This document shows positions 13,256-26,756 of a DNA stretch of 64,000 nt, piece after piece. Each line of letters begins with the position of its first letter. Within the stretch, counting starts at the first letter, position 1. Where the stretch lies: contig CM082579.2 in assembly GCA_040954595.2 (NCBI GenBank), positions 12,897,834 through 12,961,833 on the forward strand, written 5' to 3'. The notes under the pieces are model-generated. The model saw nothing but the letters and a program-made list of their open reading frames with translations, was not told where the DNA came from and searched no databases. This DNA comes from Balanoglossus misakiensis. Its lineage: Eukaryota; Animalia; Hemichordata. The position numbers were made by a program, and so were the translations under genes.

Positions 13256-13779
13256 TCTGACTCACTGGTCTACCCTTTAGCTTGATTAACCAATCCTTCG
13301 AATTCGTAAATAAACTTGTGGTCTAGTTGTAGTCATATTTGGACACCCCATGAAACGTAAATGTCAAAGCTAAAGAAATAATTCAGTAGTTAGTGTACTG
13401 CATTGTCAGAATCACTCAGGTATATGTCAACTCACACCTTCAGATAAATAAAAACAATTCACATACCAAGCGTAGTTTAACAAAATAGCCTAATTTTATT
13501 TTCTGCTGACAGTTTTAAGAAGTTCAGAAATGACACAATTTCAATCTTATGCAAAGATTTTATTTCTTATACAATGTACATGTATAATGCAATGTCACTT
13601 TGATATAAGAGCATGATTTGGAAATTCTTACAGTAAGCATAAAATAAAGTCGATAGAATACAAAAGCTTTGGATTGTACGCAAGTTGAACCAATTAAACA
13701 ATTTCCACTGGTTACAAATTCTTAAGGCTAGGATTTGAATCTAGCTATGAGATTTGATTTCATCAGTTGATATCTAGCA

Positions 13780-16700
13780 TTTAAATTCAAGCCATTAGGT
13801 ATCACAAACTGCTGAGTAATCCTGATGATATAATCTGCAACTTCAAATTGATATTCATGTTCAACAGAGTTTACCAAAGGAATAACAAATATACTGCCTG
13901 TGAGACTAATATAAAAGCATTTTTTTCATAATGAAAGATGGCCTACAATCCCTTGTAAATTCTGTCTGTCTGTATTCACAGAGAAAATGTGAAGACACAT
14001 TAACAATGTTATCAGAAAATAAGTTGGCACCCATTTGTACATGTGGCCTAATAAATAGAATTGGCATTGCAGGACAGTCACACTCATGCACATCTATTAA
14101 ACAGAAGGGTTTCAAAATTGCAGCACATTTGACAGTATATATTCTCCTATCTGTACCCATAAAACACTTATTTCTTCACTTACTGCAAGTTGTGTAGTTC
14201 TCAGAAGTAAACAACATTCCAGAAATCACAACTCTGTGATGAACCATCATACTGGCATTCTGTACCCTTTGACCAAGTAACTGTTCAACAGCAATTCTTT
14301 GACTAGCTGAAATCTGTCGCTTCTTTGGGACATCAAGGGAAACAATTTCATGGCTGTACCTCACAGGCCTACTATGCTCAGTCAAACCATAAAACAGTTT
14401 TGAAAATAACAGTTTTGACCTGGTTACATTTTGAAATGCATCCTTACTTCTACGTTGGATATCTCTGGAAATGGAAAATGACTCACATATTTGTATTGCA
14501 GAATACCGAGTACCATTGAATAAATTCTTCAAATGACCATTATATCCCTCAAACATGAAAGTGGAAATTGACCACAGTGGGCCCCAATTTCTAACACAAT
14601 CACAAAGATGAAGTAACTGATGGACATTGAAAGTCATCTCATGATCACCATAAAGCTCTTGCATTTGAACAACAATTCATTGCAGTGCCATATTTCCTCT
14701 GTCAATTTCCAAGGCATCAACCTCATCTCCTAATAAAGTATAGATCCCAAATACTAGTAAAAACCAATGCCTCAGATACATACCAGGAAGGAGTCCTTTC
14801 AGTACTATCAGCGAGTAATACAATAGAAATGTCCTCCATTCAGAACCTTTCAAAAATTTCTTCAAAGACAAACTTCTTGGAAGACGACTGACTTCAGAAG
14901 GGGGGGGTCAATTTAGTTAATCTACTGTCAAGCTGTCTTTGTTTCCGAGGAGGCAAGTACCAAGGTTTTGCATGATTTTCACTGTCGGTCCATAAACTTA
15001 CCATTCGCCGAACAACACCCAACAAGACACAATGCAAATAATCTGGAACGAACCCTTTAATTATGTTGAAATTTGATAGGAGTGTCACACTTGGACCTTT
15101 TACACCGAGAACAGGTTCATCATCCATCACAGCTTATTCTGCACACTGGAAGAAACTGTTATGTGTGCGACCTTCAGGACTGTCATCTAACACTGTATAT
15201 GCCCGTACAAAGCCATTACCCTTTGGCACGCGTTCACCAGGGTGCTCACACCAGTCACACCCATACTGACAATTGAACTGTTTAGTATTTCTAATAAGTG
15301 GTCGGAGCAACCGAGTCAGAGGAGCAGATTAGCATGTGTACTTTGGTTACATTTACCGTACCATTGGCCTCCCAAGTAAAACCAACATCGGAAAGATCTA
15401 TACACTCATCCACAAAAGGTTTCAAAAACAGTCCATCCTGGGTTTCTCTGTCCCAAACCAAATTCCAGGGAGAATAAAGTGTTCTTGTTGTAAACTTGCA
15501 GGCAATTCATTGATTGTACACTGTATTGGCCAAATTGAAAATGAGGATGAACGGAAAGCTGGAATGCCATCACAATTCCATAACATTGTTATGTCATTAT
15601 TGTCAATAATATTACGTTCTACTAACTTCCTATATTCAGTTCCATGTGATATAACTGGTTCTCTGAGCTCTTGATGTATGTGATAATTTTCATACAGATC
15701 TTGTAACTGATTTTCATTGGCAAAACAATCAAAAACAGACCCTCAGTCAAAGAAGTTTCAAGTGTAAATAGTTCTCCACAGCCAGGGCACTGCTCAGGCA
15801 AATCTGAATCCTCTTCCCCAATATAAGAATGACATACTTAACAGTAAAAATGTTTCTTACATGTTGTTAGTGTATCTGCAAAAAGTTTTCTGAACAAGTA
15901 TGTAGAATTGGGTGCAATGGTTAGATCCAGTAAACGGACAAGAGAAAGCAAATCTTGCAATGCTGCTTTGGTTAAATGGTGCCTCAGAACAAATGCTTGG
16001 AGTATCAAAGTGAACTGATCAGATGTGGGTCGATCAATCTGTTGGTCGCCATCCTCCCCTTCACTGTCTGGATCATCAATATGGAAAAGAAAAAAGATTG
16101 TAAAACTTTGTTCATACTTCCCAATTAAGGTCATAATTTATGTAGCAGTTGGAAAGTTTACTGTTTCTGCTGTATATAGGACATGATTATATTCCCTGTA
16201 TCTACATGAACATGGTCACAGTCAGTCATATTTCATTAGTGCATTTAAGGATCCATGGCAAGAAATAGGCAAATTCAAACTAAGAATTCTCTGACAAATA
16301 CTGCGATGGGTACCCCTATAAACTATTTACTGTAGAAAAGTCTAGATGTGTGGCAACTCAGCTGTGCTCAATGTTTACAAGGATCATGTGACAGGAGATT
16401 TAAATGCCCTTCCAAAATTAGTTTACCCATTCTCTGTGGCTGCAATGCAATATTTCTGGTTGAAATTTGCACCAGAGATAGAGTTATTGACAGTTAAAGG
16501 TTTCAGACAAAAGTTTTAATGGCTCGATAAATAAAAGATTTTCTGTTGTAAAAATTGATCGAAGGTCCGCATCAACAATCCCAGACGCACTTTTCAAGTA
16601 TTAAACTAACATCTCCTCCGCATATAAATTTCAGTCAGAAATCTTACAGAATTACCACAGGAAGAGGAGAAAACTTAGTTTGGATAGAGGTTTTAAATTT

Positions 16701-17773
16701 GTTTTCACATGATCCTAATGTAAACAACGACAACAAAATGTGCATAGCTGAGTTGCCATGTACATGGGTTACATGGGTTTCCATCTCAGTATTTGTCAGA
16801 GAATTCTTACTTTGAATATGTCTGCTTCTTGTACTGGAACCTTAAAATATGAGATGTGTTCAAAAACTTACATCTGCAGAGTCTCCATCTTGTAAAGATT
16901 TATTTTCTGAATGGAATTCATCCTGTACAAAATCATCTTCTGACACGCTTTCTTCTGGGACGGGTGCATTAGCTACGTGTACACCCTCTTCTCTGCCTCC
17001 ATTGATCTAAAATTCAATACCATATATTACATTAATCATGGGGTCATGTGACTATTTGATTAATAAGCTAAATTTTAATCACCACCTGATTTCATCAAAT
17101 AAATTTGATAAAGAACGAGTCATCCGGTTGATGACACACTCCCCGCTTGTCTATTTTGTTCACTATGAATTTGATACATTCCATGACAAAAGGTATTAGA
17201 TTTTTATAAATTTTGTGTCATATAGAAAACAAAAGCTCACAATAAACAAAACATACTGTTTCGTGTATATTTTTTCTCCAATAAAAGAAATATAACTGCA
17301 TCTATTTTGTTCTGCACAGAGAGTGCTACTTGCTGCAGAAATCGATTATATCATCCTTTGGCTGTACTATTCAAAGATATGTTCTGTAATGCCAAAAAGT
17401 CACATACATGTTGTCTGATAATATTCCAATCACGGTGGCGGTTTTAGATACAAGTGGATCTGAAATGGATTTTACTGCTCCTACACTGAATTGTTAAGGC
17501 TTTTGTGACTTCAACATGACAGATAAGGTTATTTTGAGAGAAAAAAGTACTTTATGCAAGATTAAGAAAGGGGATTCTCATTTGTGCTTGCACGCTAAAC
17601 CTATTGCATGTACAGTAAGTACATCTCATTAACTTACATAGTTAGTGTCTGCAACTTCATCAACCTCTTCCACAGCACCAGTTTCCTCTTCTGTGTCTTC
17701 AGTCAATGAACATTCATCTCCCACATCCTTTTCTTCTTGTCCAAAATCGTGACTTTCTTGTGAGATTGGTAAT
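13780..17773 (-). pseudogene. EnSpm/CMC-type transposase, frameshifted, with acidic 5' exons (17773-17638, 17006-16872)
   Basis: Fragments: WNCDG, SIWPIQ, DYLHCVLLGVVR, KGSEWRTFLLYYS, FNVHQLLHL..WGPLW..STFMFEGYNG. The upstream exons have AG/GT borders; the acceptor near 16081 appears mutated. Confidence 0.87.
16249..16841. mobile_element. MITE with TTAA target duplication and GG...CC ends (Kolobok-like) in a transposase intron
   Basis: ttaa|ggatcca...aagaattctctgacaaatactg mirrors cagtatttgtcagagaattctt...tggaacc|ttaa. Confidence 0.75.
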
Positions 17774-18239
17774 CTGTAAAATCTGAGTAATCGATTGACA
17801 GAGTATTTTACTGCAAGCTCTGCTCATTGGCTGTTCAAAAAGCAGGTGTACTGCTAGTGCCCGGATGTGGCCTAATATGCACATTTTTCGTAGCTATATA
17901 AGCTTAGGCCCTTCCACTGGCCAGTTTTTCTCGTTTTCGTTTTACTGACGACTACTGTGTTCCTGTCCGCACAGCCTACTTATTTGCTGTAGTTAACAAT
18001 TAGTTGTGAGCGTGCTGTAACTATCGCCCCCGAAACTTCACAATCCGAGGTGAGTTGTTTTCCGGTCGTATGCGAATTTATTTTACTCTACAGACAACTG
18101 GATGGTGACGTGGAATTTTACTCTACAGACAACTGGATGGTGACGTGGCACTTTCTGCCGTATTATATTCTTCAATTTCAGAACGTTTGCATTTCGAGAT
18201 AATTTCTGACTATTTTCTTTAGTGGATACTTGATGTATT

Positions 18240-18990
18240 GTACACATTTATTTTTATAATAATTAATTATTATTCCACTTGCACTACAGGCCTCCAGCCC
18301 AATGTACTGGAATATTTTAAATACATTTCAGGGGGAAAAATGTTACAGAACACAGTGACCTTGAGAGTGTTAAGATTTGCAGGGGGTTTCTTTTACAGTG
18401 AAAACAAGAACCAGCACTTTCCCGGAAGTCAGTTCGCCAACTCCTTCCTTTTGTTAAAGGCATAAAATAAGTAAAGGCTTAGCTTTCTTAGGATATTCGG
18501 ATTTTGTGTTGACATAATTTGCATAAATTTATCAATAGAAGGGTTGGTAAGAAATTGAGCAGGTAAGTATTTTACCCTGATGGTATCATATAACTTACAT
18601 TGTAATAAAAAGTGGTATTCATTTTCTATGTACCCATCGTTACAAATACACAACCTGTCTTCACGTGGGGTGTTATTTCGTCTACCTTGTTCAATATGAA
18701 GTGGATGGTTAGATATCCGAAAATAGGCTTCAGGGTGGTGAGGAGGTATGGTTATATCAATATAGTAAATTTAAAAAGTCTATATGATTGAAGCCTGTTG
18801 TAAGTACCAATTTCCACGTTCCAGTCTTGCAGTTCTATGTCTGTACAACGCTGTCTAAATTCCGAAAGGAATTTTGTCTCGTTACCCACTCCCTGATTAT
18901 ACCATGCCTCCGCAAATCCATATGAAAACAGGAGAGATCTCACAGCTTTTGCCCAACATTCACAATTTCTTTCAGCCAGTTTACATTGCT
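18240..18990 (-). mobile_element. Non-LTR retrotransposon (LINE) 3' fragment
   Basis: ORF2 C-terminus FRISNHPLHIEQGR...R.CICN..IENEYHFLLQC (zinc finger), then a short 3' UTR and an A-rich tail. Confidence 0.85.
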
Positions 18991-20371
18991 CTTGATTATG
19001 GACACGTGACCACGTGAGAGCTACACATTTATTGCTGCCGTGCATAAAATTTCTATGCCGGTTTTGACATTGTATATTTTCCTTGAATTTTTTCAGAACC
19101 GTACGTATTTATATTATTAAACGTGGTCAACAATACGTGTATCTCGTTGTGTATCTGTCGGGGACCATAGGCCGTAGGATTTTCAGATTCTACAGAGAAT
19201 ATTACTGTAAGTCTATTTTCTGAATAGTGAAGCGGTGGTCTTGAAAAATAGGCCTGGCCTAATAAAGCATTGTTGTTATATGCGGCAAGCTGGCCGTTGG
19301 AAATCAAGCTTGCTCAGCGTGGCTGGTGTAACCTTCCCACAGGTTACAAAAAGGAGAGAGTGTAATAATGTCATACACGAGTACGAGCGCCTTTTCTTCC
19401 TCTCTGGGGCTTGGGCCTAGAAGTAAAATCTGAACACCCCATTAGCCCTACGGAACGTTTCAAACAATTTGCTCGTTCCAATCAGTTTATGTCGAAATGG
19501 AAATACTATTCTTAAAATACATTTTCCTATAACGTGTTTCACCAAAGGGCGAAACACTTAAAACGTTTATCTAACAACGGGAACGATGGCGAATTTTGTT
19601 TCTTCATAACGAGAGTGATGGAACTCTTCGATGATTTGTTTCTATCGGGCCGATGGGCCGATTCCCGGAAGACACGTCACCACAAGAGGGCGCACTATGC
19701 AGGCTACTCGGGAAAGCTCTGAAAGAATGCATGAAAACCAAAAGAATTTGTCCGCTCAATTCAATACAACGCAGTAAATACGTGACCCATCACCTCTTTG
19801 TTTTAGATGTGTGTTTACGCATGTAAGTACATTCAATGACAATGGTGTTTGCAAGGAAAATTTGACAAAATAAGTCAATTGTATTTATTTCTATATTTCT
19901 AGAAAATTATGAAAACATTTTGGTAACATGTACATAATAATCATCTTACTCAAAGGCACACAAGCAATGAACAACACGTTGTCCCCTCGTTTATATAGTT
20001 CAAACTTTTCACTTTTAGTAATTTTGCTTAGTGTATCTGCTGTTTCTAATTCCACAAAGTGTGTGGCGACGGAATTTTATTTATTTTTCCCCCCTGTAAG
20101 TCAGTTTTATAGTTTTATCAATATAGTCACATGAATACTGTTCATGCAGTCACTGATCACGCGCCCCTAAGTGTCCAGTGTTTTATAGATATAGCTGAAA
20201 CAGTTCGAGTTTGCCGTTGCCGTCACCAAAAACCAGAAAAAAGGGGCGACGCGTTGTTATTCAAGTGACGCGGGCGCTGACCAGAAGCATTTCATTTTTT
20301 TGCCTTATCAGATGATTTTGTCTCTTATTTCTTTTTTGGATATTATTGTCTAAGTTGTCTAAGGCAGAGCG

Positions 20372-20802
20372 TGTCAGAAGCATGCGCAATGTGTGTTATT
20401 TGACAAAGTGTGGCGCTTTGAAAGGCATATCATTGATGTCAGTGCATCCATGCAAATTTGATTGTTTATATGCATGGTTGTATAACAGTGGTGACATGGT
20501 AAAGAATTTGACCAATCAAAAATAACTTTTCGAGAGAGTGCTGCATAACTTCGTAATCTTGGAAGGCTGTTCCTGATTGGTGAGGTTTTTTGACAGCTCA
20601 ATCTGCATGCTACCAACAACTGCGTTCAGTTTGTTTCACCTGTAGTTTTATCCTTTACACCTCCTTACGATGTCATTTTCACTTCTGTCTATTTAGTATA
20701 TCGCTCAAGGTATTTGCATAACAATAAAACCTTGTCGTTGATGTTCAGTTCGTTTATCGTTCTCCCTTCTGTCCACACGCCTTCATATTCGATCCGCAAA
20801 CA
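20372..20802 (+). mobile_element. LTR-like or terminal-repeat-like segment
   Basis: TG...CA ends, CCAAT boxes, a TATA-like motif and AATAAA in LTR order. No TSD or partner copy was found. Confidence 0.3.
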
Positions 20803-21049
20803 TTCCCTAGCTTTAGATTTTTTCTCGATTTATTAGTTCTTTGTTTAGTTTTATTGCATTTCCCAGTCCATTTTCATTATCATATTTCATAGTTTAGATC
20901 AGTATTAGTTAGATATAGAATTTTATTTCATTCAGTTATCGTTTACAGTCGCATTTCTTTCAAATTTCTTAGTCATTTAGTTAGATAGATTAGTTTATTA
21001 TATTAGTTCCGTTTATTATTAGATTTTTAGTTAGTATATTTTCTTATTT

Positions 21050-21212
21050 CAGATTAGTTTTAGTATTAGTATTTTTAGTTGGTTAGTAAGTTAGTTAGAT
21101 AGTTAGTTACTTAGTAGTTAGTTAGTAAGTTAGTAAGATAGTTAGTTGCTTACTAGTAAGTTAGTTAGTAAGTTAGTTAGATACTTAGTTAGTTAGTTAG
21201 TTTCTTAGTTAT
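21050..21212. repeat. Degenerate (TAGT)n microsatellite
   Basis: Runs of ttagttagt and agtaagttag. Confidence 0.85.
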
Positions 21213-21646
21213 AGTTTCAATATTAGTTTTTGTTCGGATTTGTTGCTGTCCCTGGGCCAAAAGATTGAAGTAAGTATAATACATATTGTTAATGATTTTT
21301 CCTTGTGTTTGCGCGCAACTTCCCTTAGGTAGCTGCAAGGGCCCTGTATTATATGTTCTAGTTCGGATTGTGCATGACATATCCGTCTTGTAACAAGAGA
21401 ATCCATAAGCAAGTAGGTTGTATAGAAAGAACGGCAGGGTCGGTTTTCGTTGCAACAATTTGCGCTGTTTTCTGCTTGAGTCAGGCCTACGTGTTGGAAT
21501 AATGGCAGACGGACGTATTCGACATTGAGTGCAGCAATGCCAAAACAATACATGGTTCAAAGCAGCAAGTCGGACCAATTGATATCATAAGAATGTCAAG
21601 ATTTACATGTAGCCTATAGGCCCACCAGGGCCTCTTTAATTGACTT

Positions 21647-23175
21647 CTTAGGTCACCACTTCATAAGCGGTCTTACCCGTCATTGGCACAAACAGTCTCA
21701 GGAAGTAAGCTTTAAGCCTACCAATGTAGCTATTGTATTTTCCACTTTTTGTAAGTGAAGCCTGACTGTCGCCTGTCTTAGGTCACCACTTCATAAGCGG
21801 TCTTAACCGTCATTGGCACAAACAGTCTCAGGAAGTAAGCTTTCAGCCTACCAATGTAGCTATTGTATTTTCCACTTTTTGTAAGTGAAGCCTGACTGTC
21901 GCCTGTCTTAGGTCACCACTTCATAAGCGGTCTTACCCGTCATTGGCACAAACACTCTCAGGAAGTAAGCTTTCAGCCTACCAATGTAGCTATTGTATTT
22001 TCCACTTTTTGTAAGTGAAGCCTGACTGTCGCCTGTTTTAGGTCACCACTTCATAAGCGGTCTTACCCGTCATTGGCACAAACAGTTTCAGGAAGTAAGC
22101 GTTCAGCCTACCAATGTAGCTATTGTATTTTCCACTTTTTGTAAGTGAAGCCTGACTGTCGCCTGTCGTAGGTCACCACTTCATAAGCGGTCTTACCCGT
22201 CATTGGCACAAACAGTCTCAGGAAGTAAGCTTTCAGCCTACCAATGTAGCTATTATACCTACCAATGTAGCTATTGTATTTTCCACTTTTTGTAAGTGAA
22301 GCCTGACTGTCGCCTGTCTTAGGTCACCACTTCACAAGCGGTCTTACCCGTCATTGGCACAAACACTCTCAGGAAGTAAGCTTTCAGCCTACCAATGTAG
22401 CTATTGTATTTTCCACTTTTTGTAAGTGAAGCCTGACTGTCGCCTGTCTTAGGTCACCACTTCATAAGCGGTCTTACCCGTCATTGGCACAAACAGTTTC
22501 AGGAAGTAAGCTATCAGCCTACCAATGTAGCTATTGTATTTTCCACTTTTTGTAAGTGAAGCCTGACTGTCGCCTGTCGTAGGTCACCACTTCATAAGCG
22601 GTCTTACCCGTCATTGGCACAAACAGTCTCAGGAAGTAAGCTTTCAGCCTACCAATGTAGCTAGTATACCTACCAATGTAGCTATTGTATTTTCCACTTT
22701 TTGTAAGTGAAGCCTGACTGTCGCCTGTCTTAGGTCACCACTTCACAAGCGGTCTTACCCCTCATTGGCACAAACAGTCTCAGGAAGTAAGCTTTCAGCC
22801 TACCAATGTAGCTATTGTATTTTCCACTTTTTGTAAGTGAAGCCTGACTGTCGCCTGTCTTAGGTCACTACTTCATAAGCGGTCTTACCCGCCATTGGCA
22901 CAAACAGTCTCAGGAAGTAAGCTTTCAGCCTACCAATGTAGCTATTGTATTTTCCACTTTTTGTAAGTGAAGCCTGACTGTCGCCTGTCTTAGGTCACCA
23001 CTTCATAAGCGGTCTTACCCGTCATTGGCACAGTCTCAGGAAGTAAGCTTTCAGCCTACCAATGTAGCTATTATATTTTCCACTTTTTGTAAGTGAAGCC
23101 TGACTGTCGCCTGTCTTAGGTCACCACTTCATAAGCGGTCTTACCCGTCATTGGCACAAACAGTCTCAGGAAGTA
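21647..23175. repeat. 130-bp satellite, left arm (~11.5 units, including a 411-bp higher-order trimer)
   Basis: Units start at 21647, 21777, 21907, 22037, 22167, 22318, 22448, 22578, 22729, 22859, 22989 and 23115. Confidence 0.97.
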
Positions 23176-23489
23176 CCCTACCAGACAAAAGTAATGGGAC
23201 TTATGTCGCGGGAATCACTAGTGATTTCAAGGTGTCAATTCACAGCAAACATCGTGTTTGCGTTTTATCTGTAGCGGGATTCACGAGTGTTTATGGATAC
23301 ACACGGAACGTGTAATTAGCTGAGTACACGAACTTGCGTCAATCGAGAGATAAGGCTGCAACATAACATATTAGATATAGCGCCACCTACGATAAAAGAA
23401 CAGTTATCCTGCTCTAAAATTAATTAATACGGTAGGATGCGATCTGTTATGGGTTGAGGAAATTATTTGTATTCAAACTGGTAATGTCT

Positions 23490-23908
23490 GTGAAGTCAGT
23501 GTGGAGAATTGGTGGTTTAATGTTGATCTTCGTGTTCGTGAAGTCAGTGTGAAGAATTGGCCGTTTTATGTTGATCTTCGTGTTTGTGAAGTCAGTGTGG
23601 AGAATGACTGTTTTACGTTGTTGCTACGAATTTGCGAAGTCAGTGTGAAGAATTGGCCGTTTTATGTTGATCTTCGTGTTTGTGAAGTCAGTGAGGAGAA
23701 TGACTGTTTTACGTTGTTGCTACGAATTTGCGAAGTCAGTGTGAAGAATTGGCCGTTTTATGTTGATCTTCGTGTTTGTGAAGTCAGTGTAGAGAATGAC
23801 TGTTTTACGTTGTTGCTACGAATTTGCGAAGTCAGTGTGAAGAATTGGCCGTTTTATGTTGATCTTCGTGTTTGTGAAGTCAGTGTGGAGAATGACCGTT
23901 TTATGCTA
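23490..23908. repeat. Subterminal minisatellite: 48-bp monomers alternating as a 96-bp dimer (~8.7 monomers)
   Basis: gaagtcagtg recurs every 48 bp from 23492. Confidence 0.92.
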
Positions 23909-25967
23909 CGTGTATCCAATTATGACAGGTCGCTCATGAGGTCGCAATCGTTTTCGTGTTTACTGGACGGTATAATGGGCGAGAGAAAGCCGAGTTGCAA
24001 ATACACGTAGGTATTGATGCGCATTCATTTGAAACACCATATATGAGCCCGCTGATCGCACCGTTCAAACAAACAACTACTCCATGAGGTAGGCTTTGTG
24101 GCGCTGCTGAATTACTTCCCGTTATGTACTGCGATGATTGGCGTACGTACCATAGTCAATCCAGTGAGACGGTCAGTTGACTGTGTGCAAATGAATAAAA
24201 GACGTACTGATGCACGGTCTATTACAATGATAGAAATGAACATTATACACCGGGCAAGTAAAACCTGACACTGGTCAAAATAAGGCGGATACGCTGTTAT
24301 CCAACTGTTGTTTCTCATCCCTCTTGAAAATTTAATCTCATTAAAATATATGGTCACCGATGCAAATTTACCTACAGTTACCATGGCAAATTGAGATCTA
24401 GCCAATCGGAGATTTTCAGTGGTGCCACACGCGAAAAAAAAGAGCGCCGCCATATGTTCTTTATAACACAAAAATAAGCCCTTTCAGCCATATATAGGCG
24501 TATGTAAATTGGAGGTGAGCCTAAAACCTTAGACTATACCACTAGTCGCTTGGTGATTTTTAAATCTCAATTTTTGTGTTTTCGGTGTTTTTTTGTCTTA
24601 ATAAATAATTGCAATACTTTTTACATGCATGCTTGCCTCGAGCGTGTTTCTAGTAGTGAGGTGAGTTTCGAATTTGGGACTGAGCTTGTGGTTTCGGGTA
24701 GCGTCGACCAGGCCTTCGCGTTCCTTGCCGACTCTCCGTAACAGTTACCCGATTCCAAGCGGGGTCAGTAATTTCAACAGCCACATTGCGCATGTTGACC
24801 AAGTTCGAGGCCACGCATCGTATAGGCAAACTACCCTGTTTTCTCATGCCCGATAAAGTCTGCGTTTTATCGGATAAAATCGTTAATATCGTCTTACTTC
24901 TAAGTTAGTCTAATATTAGAGTAGGTGATAGGAGCTTGCTCCGGTTTCCTTTGTCTTACTCGCAGAAAACCGTTAAATGAAAACATTTTCTAACGTACAC
25001 AACTTAAACTATAATTATCCGACAATGACTTCCAGTGCCACGAGCTGGTAGGCAAGTTTCAACACATTTTTTTCGCAGTAATTTTGGACATACGCTGTCA
25101 CCGGAATACTTCTCTCACCACCGAAAAAGCAACATACGTCGGTAAACGTTGAAACACAACGGTTTTGTAAATTATCGACAGAGTAATATTGTTCATGTGA
25201 AAATCCGCCTATAGAAATGTCGAAATGTGTTTATCTTGTAAAATTCTCATATAAATGATTTTTTATTGGTAATGTACCGGTATGCTTCAAACCCGACACC
25301 ATGAAACGAGAAGGCTTTGCCTCTCTAAACTGAATCGGGAGATCTTGAAATTACGCGGTTAGTGGATAGATACCTACGCATGGCAAGTGGCTAATCCTAC
25401 GTGACGACAATTGACTGTGCACTTCCACAAAAACAACTGCGTCAAATCTCCATGTCTGGTATTTTAGCAAGAGAGTGGGAGACATTGTCGGCTCAATCTG
25501 ATGAATGCAAATCATCAGGCCGTGTAACGTGTGAAACACACAGATCTGTGTGCAGGCCTATCTCGCTCTCGCCCACGGTCAGTTACATTTTTTTTGCACT
25601 GCTGGGGATAATTACCAAAGACTGTCCTCGTATTTTCTCTCATTTTTACTGACCATTTTGGCCCCTCTGCTATACAAATGTTTCATGTCTTGGACGTATT
25701 TTGTGTGTATGGGCGCGATCCTTCGAGACCGACGCAGTCATATGACTTTCGTTACGGGTCCTTTAACCAGAGAGAAACTTAACTTTATTTATTTCATGAC
25801 ATAATAAAGCTCATGGACCAGGTCCAGTCCATGCATTGATCAAAAAGGAAATATACGCAGAACTAGCGATATACATGAAACACTGAGTCCCTAACAAAAC
25901 TGTAACCAAGTGGCGATGCGATGTCTGAGAACACTAGCGCTTCCGTGAAACCCGTGTACCGGTACAA

Positions 25968-26290
25968 ACGGCAGGGTTCTGTCCGCCCCCCCCCCCCAAC
26001 CCGAAGTGGTGTCGAAAGGTATTATGCAAGGGAAATAATCGAACCCACTTCTCTAAATAGCTTGCTCACATTTACACTGTCTCTTTTTTCAAAAAGGCCT
26101 ACTATCGTATGTGAATCACCAAGACAGAAAATGTTAATCTCGTGCACTGGTTGTACACGGAAACAATCAAGTAATCGGTTGCCCATCAACAAACTTGTCA
26201 AAATTGTCAGTTTCAACAAAAGGCGGCACGCGTAAGACGGAGCGTTTATTTTGTTCGTAAATGCGGTCGTGTGAATGGTTGATGCGATCG
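25968..26290. repeat. Dispersed ~320-bp repeat, inverted copy at ~57525-57840
   Basis: cagggttctgtc...aacccgaagtggtgtcgaaag and ggcacgcgtaagacggagcgtttattttgttcgtaaatgcggtcgtg are both found reverse-complemented at 57.5-57.8 kb. Confidence 0.88.
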
Positions 26291-26654
26291 GCAACATAAT
26301 TACTGAATTAAGAAGAACGTGGCTTATATATGAGTATACCGTATATGCCCCAAAGTGAACTGAGAGCTCGGAAACATGTATCCCACTTGCTGGTTGAGTC
26401 TCAATAAATATCACGGAATATTTAATTCTCTCGGTCCCAGTCTTTCTATGAGTTGCTGTTCTCTTTGTTTGGTGCTTTGTTTGAGATAACTCGCGTGACT
26501 CCTAATTTAGACCCAGCATGATGATTTTTAATTCCCGATTGGTCCATGTTGCTGAAAATACCCACTTCGCTTTAATTCGTCGTGGTCCAACTACAATTTC
26601 AAGGATTGATGTCTGTACAACAGCTCTTGAGTCAGCGTAAAGTTGACCGGAATT

Positions 26655-26756
26655 TAGCCTGGTCCCATACCAGTGTGTTTTAGATATATAGAAATTCAGT
26701 GCGTTTGAAGCGTGAATTTCTATATATCTAAAACACATTGGTATGGGATCAGGCTA
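26655..26756. mobile_element. 102-bp hairpin MITE with TAG...CTA ends and 9-bp TSD (AcademH-like)
   Basis: 44-bp arms with 2 mismatches. TSD accggaatt (26646-54) and acctgaatt (26757-65). Confidence 0.85.

Larger units (their letters stand above)
13051..21757 (-). mobile_element. EnSpm/CACTA (CMC) DNA transposon, decayed, with nested insertions
   Basis: 12-bp TIR CACTTACAAAAA at 13051 and TTTTTGTAAGTG at 21746-57, with AA on both sides. Subterminal cctwtagg repeats and an internal CMC transposase pseudogene. Confidence 0.65.

Noticed and set aside
23501-24010. 169-aa repetitive Cys-containing ORF
   Set aside because: It is a by-product of a 48-bp repeat (a multiple of 3), starts at GTG and has no recognisable domain.
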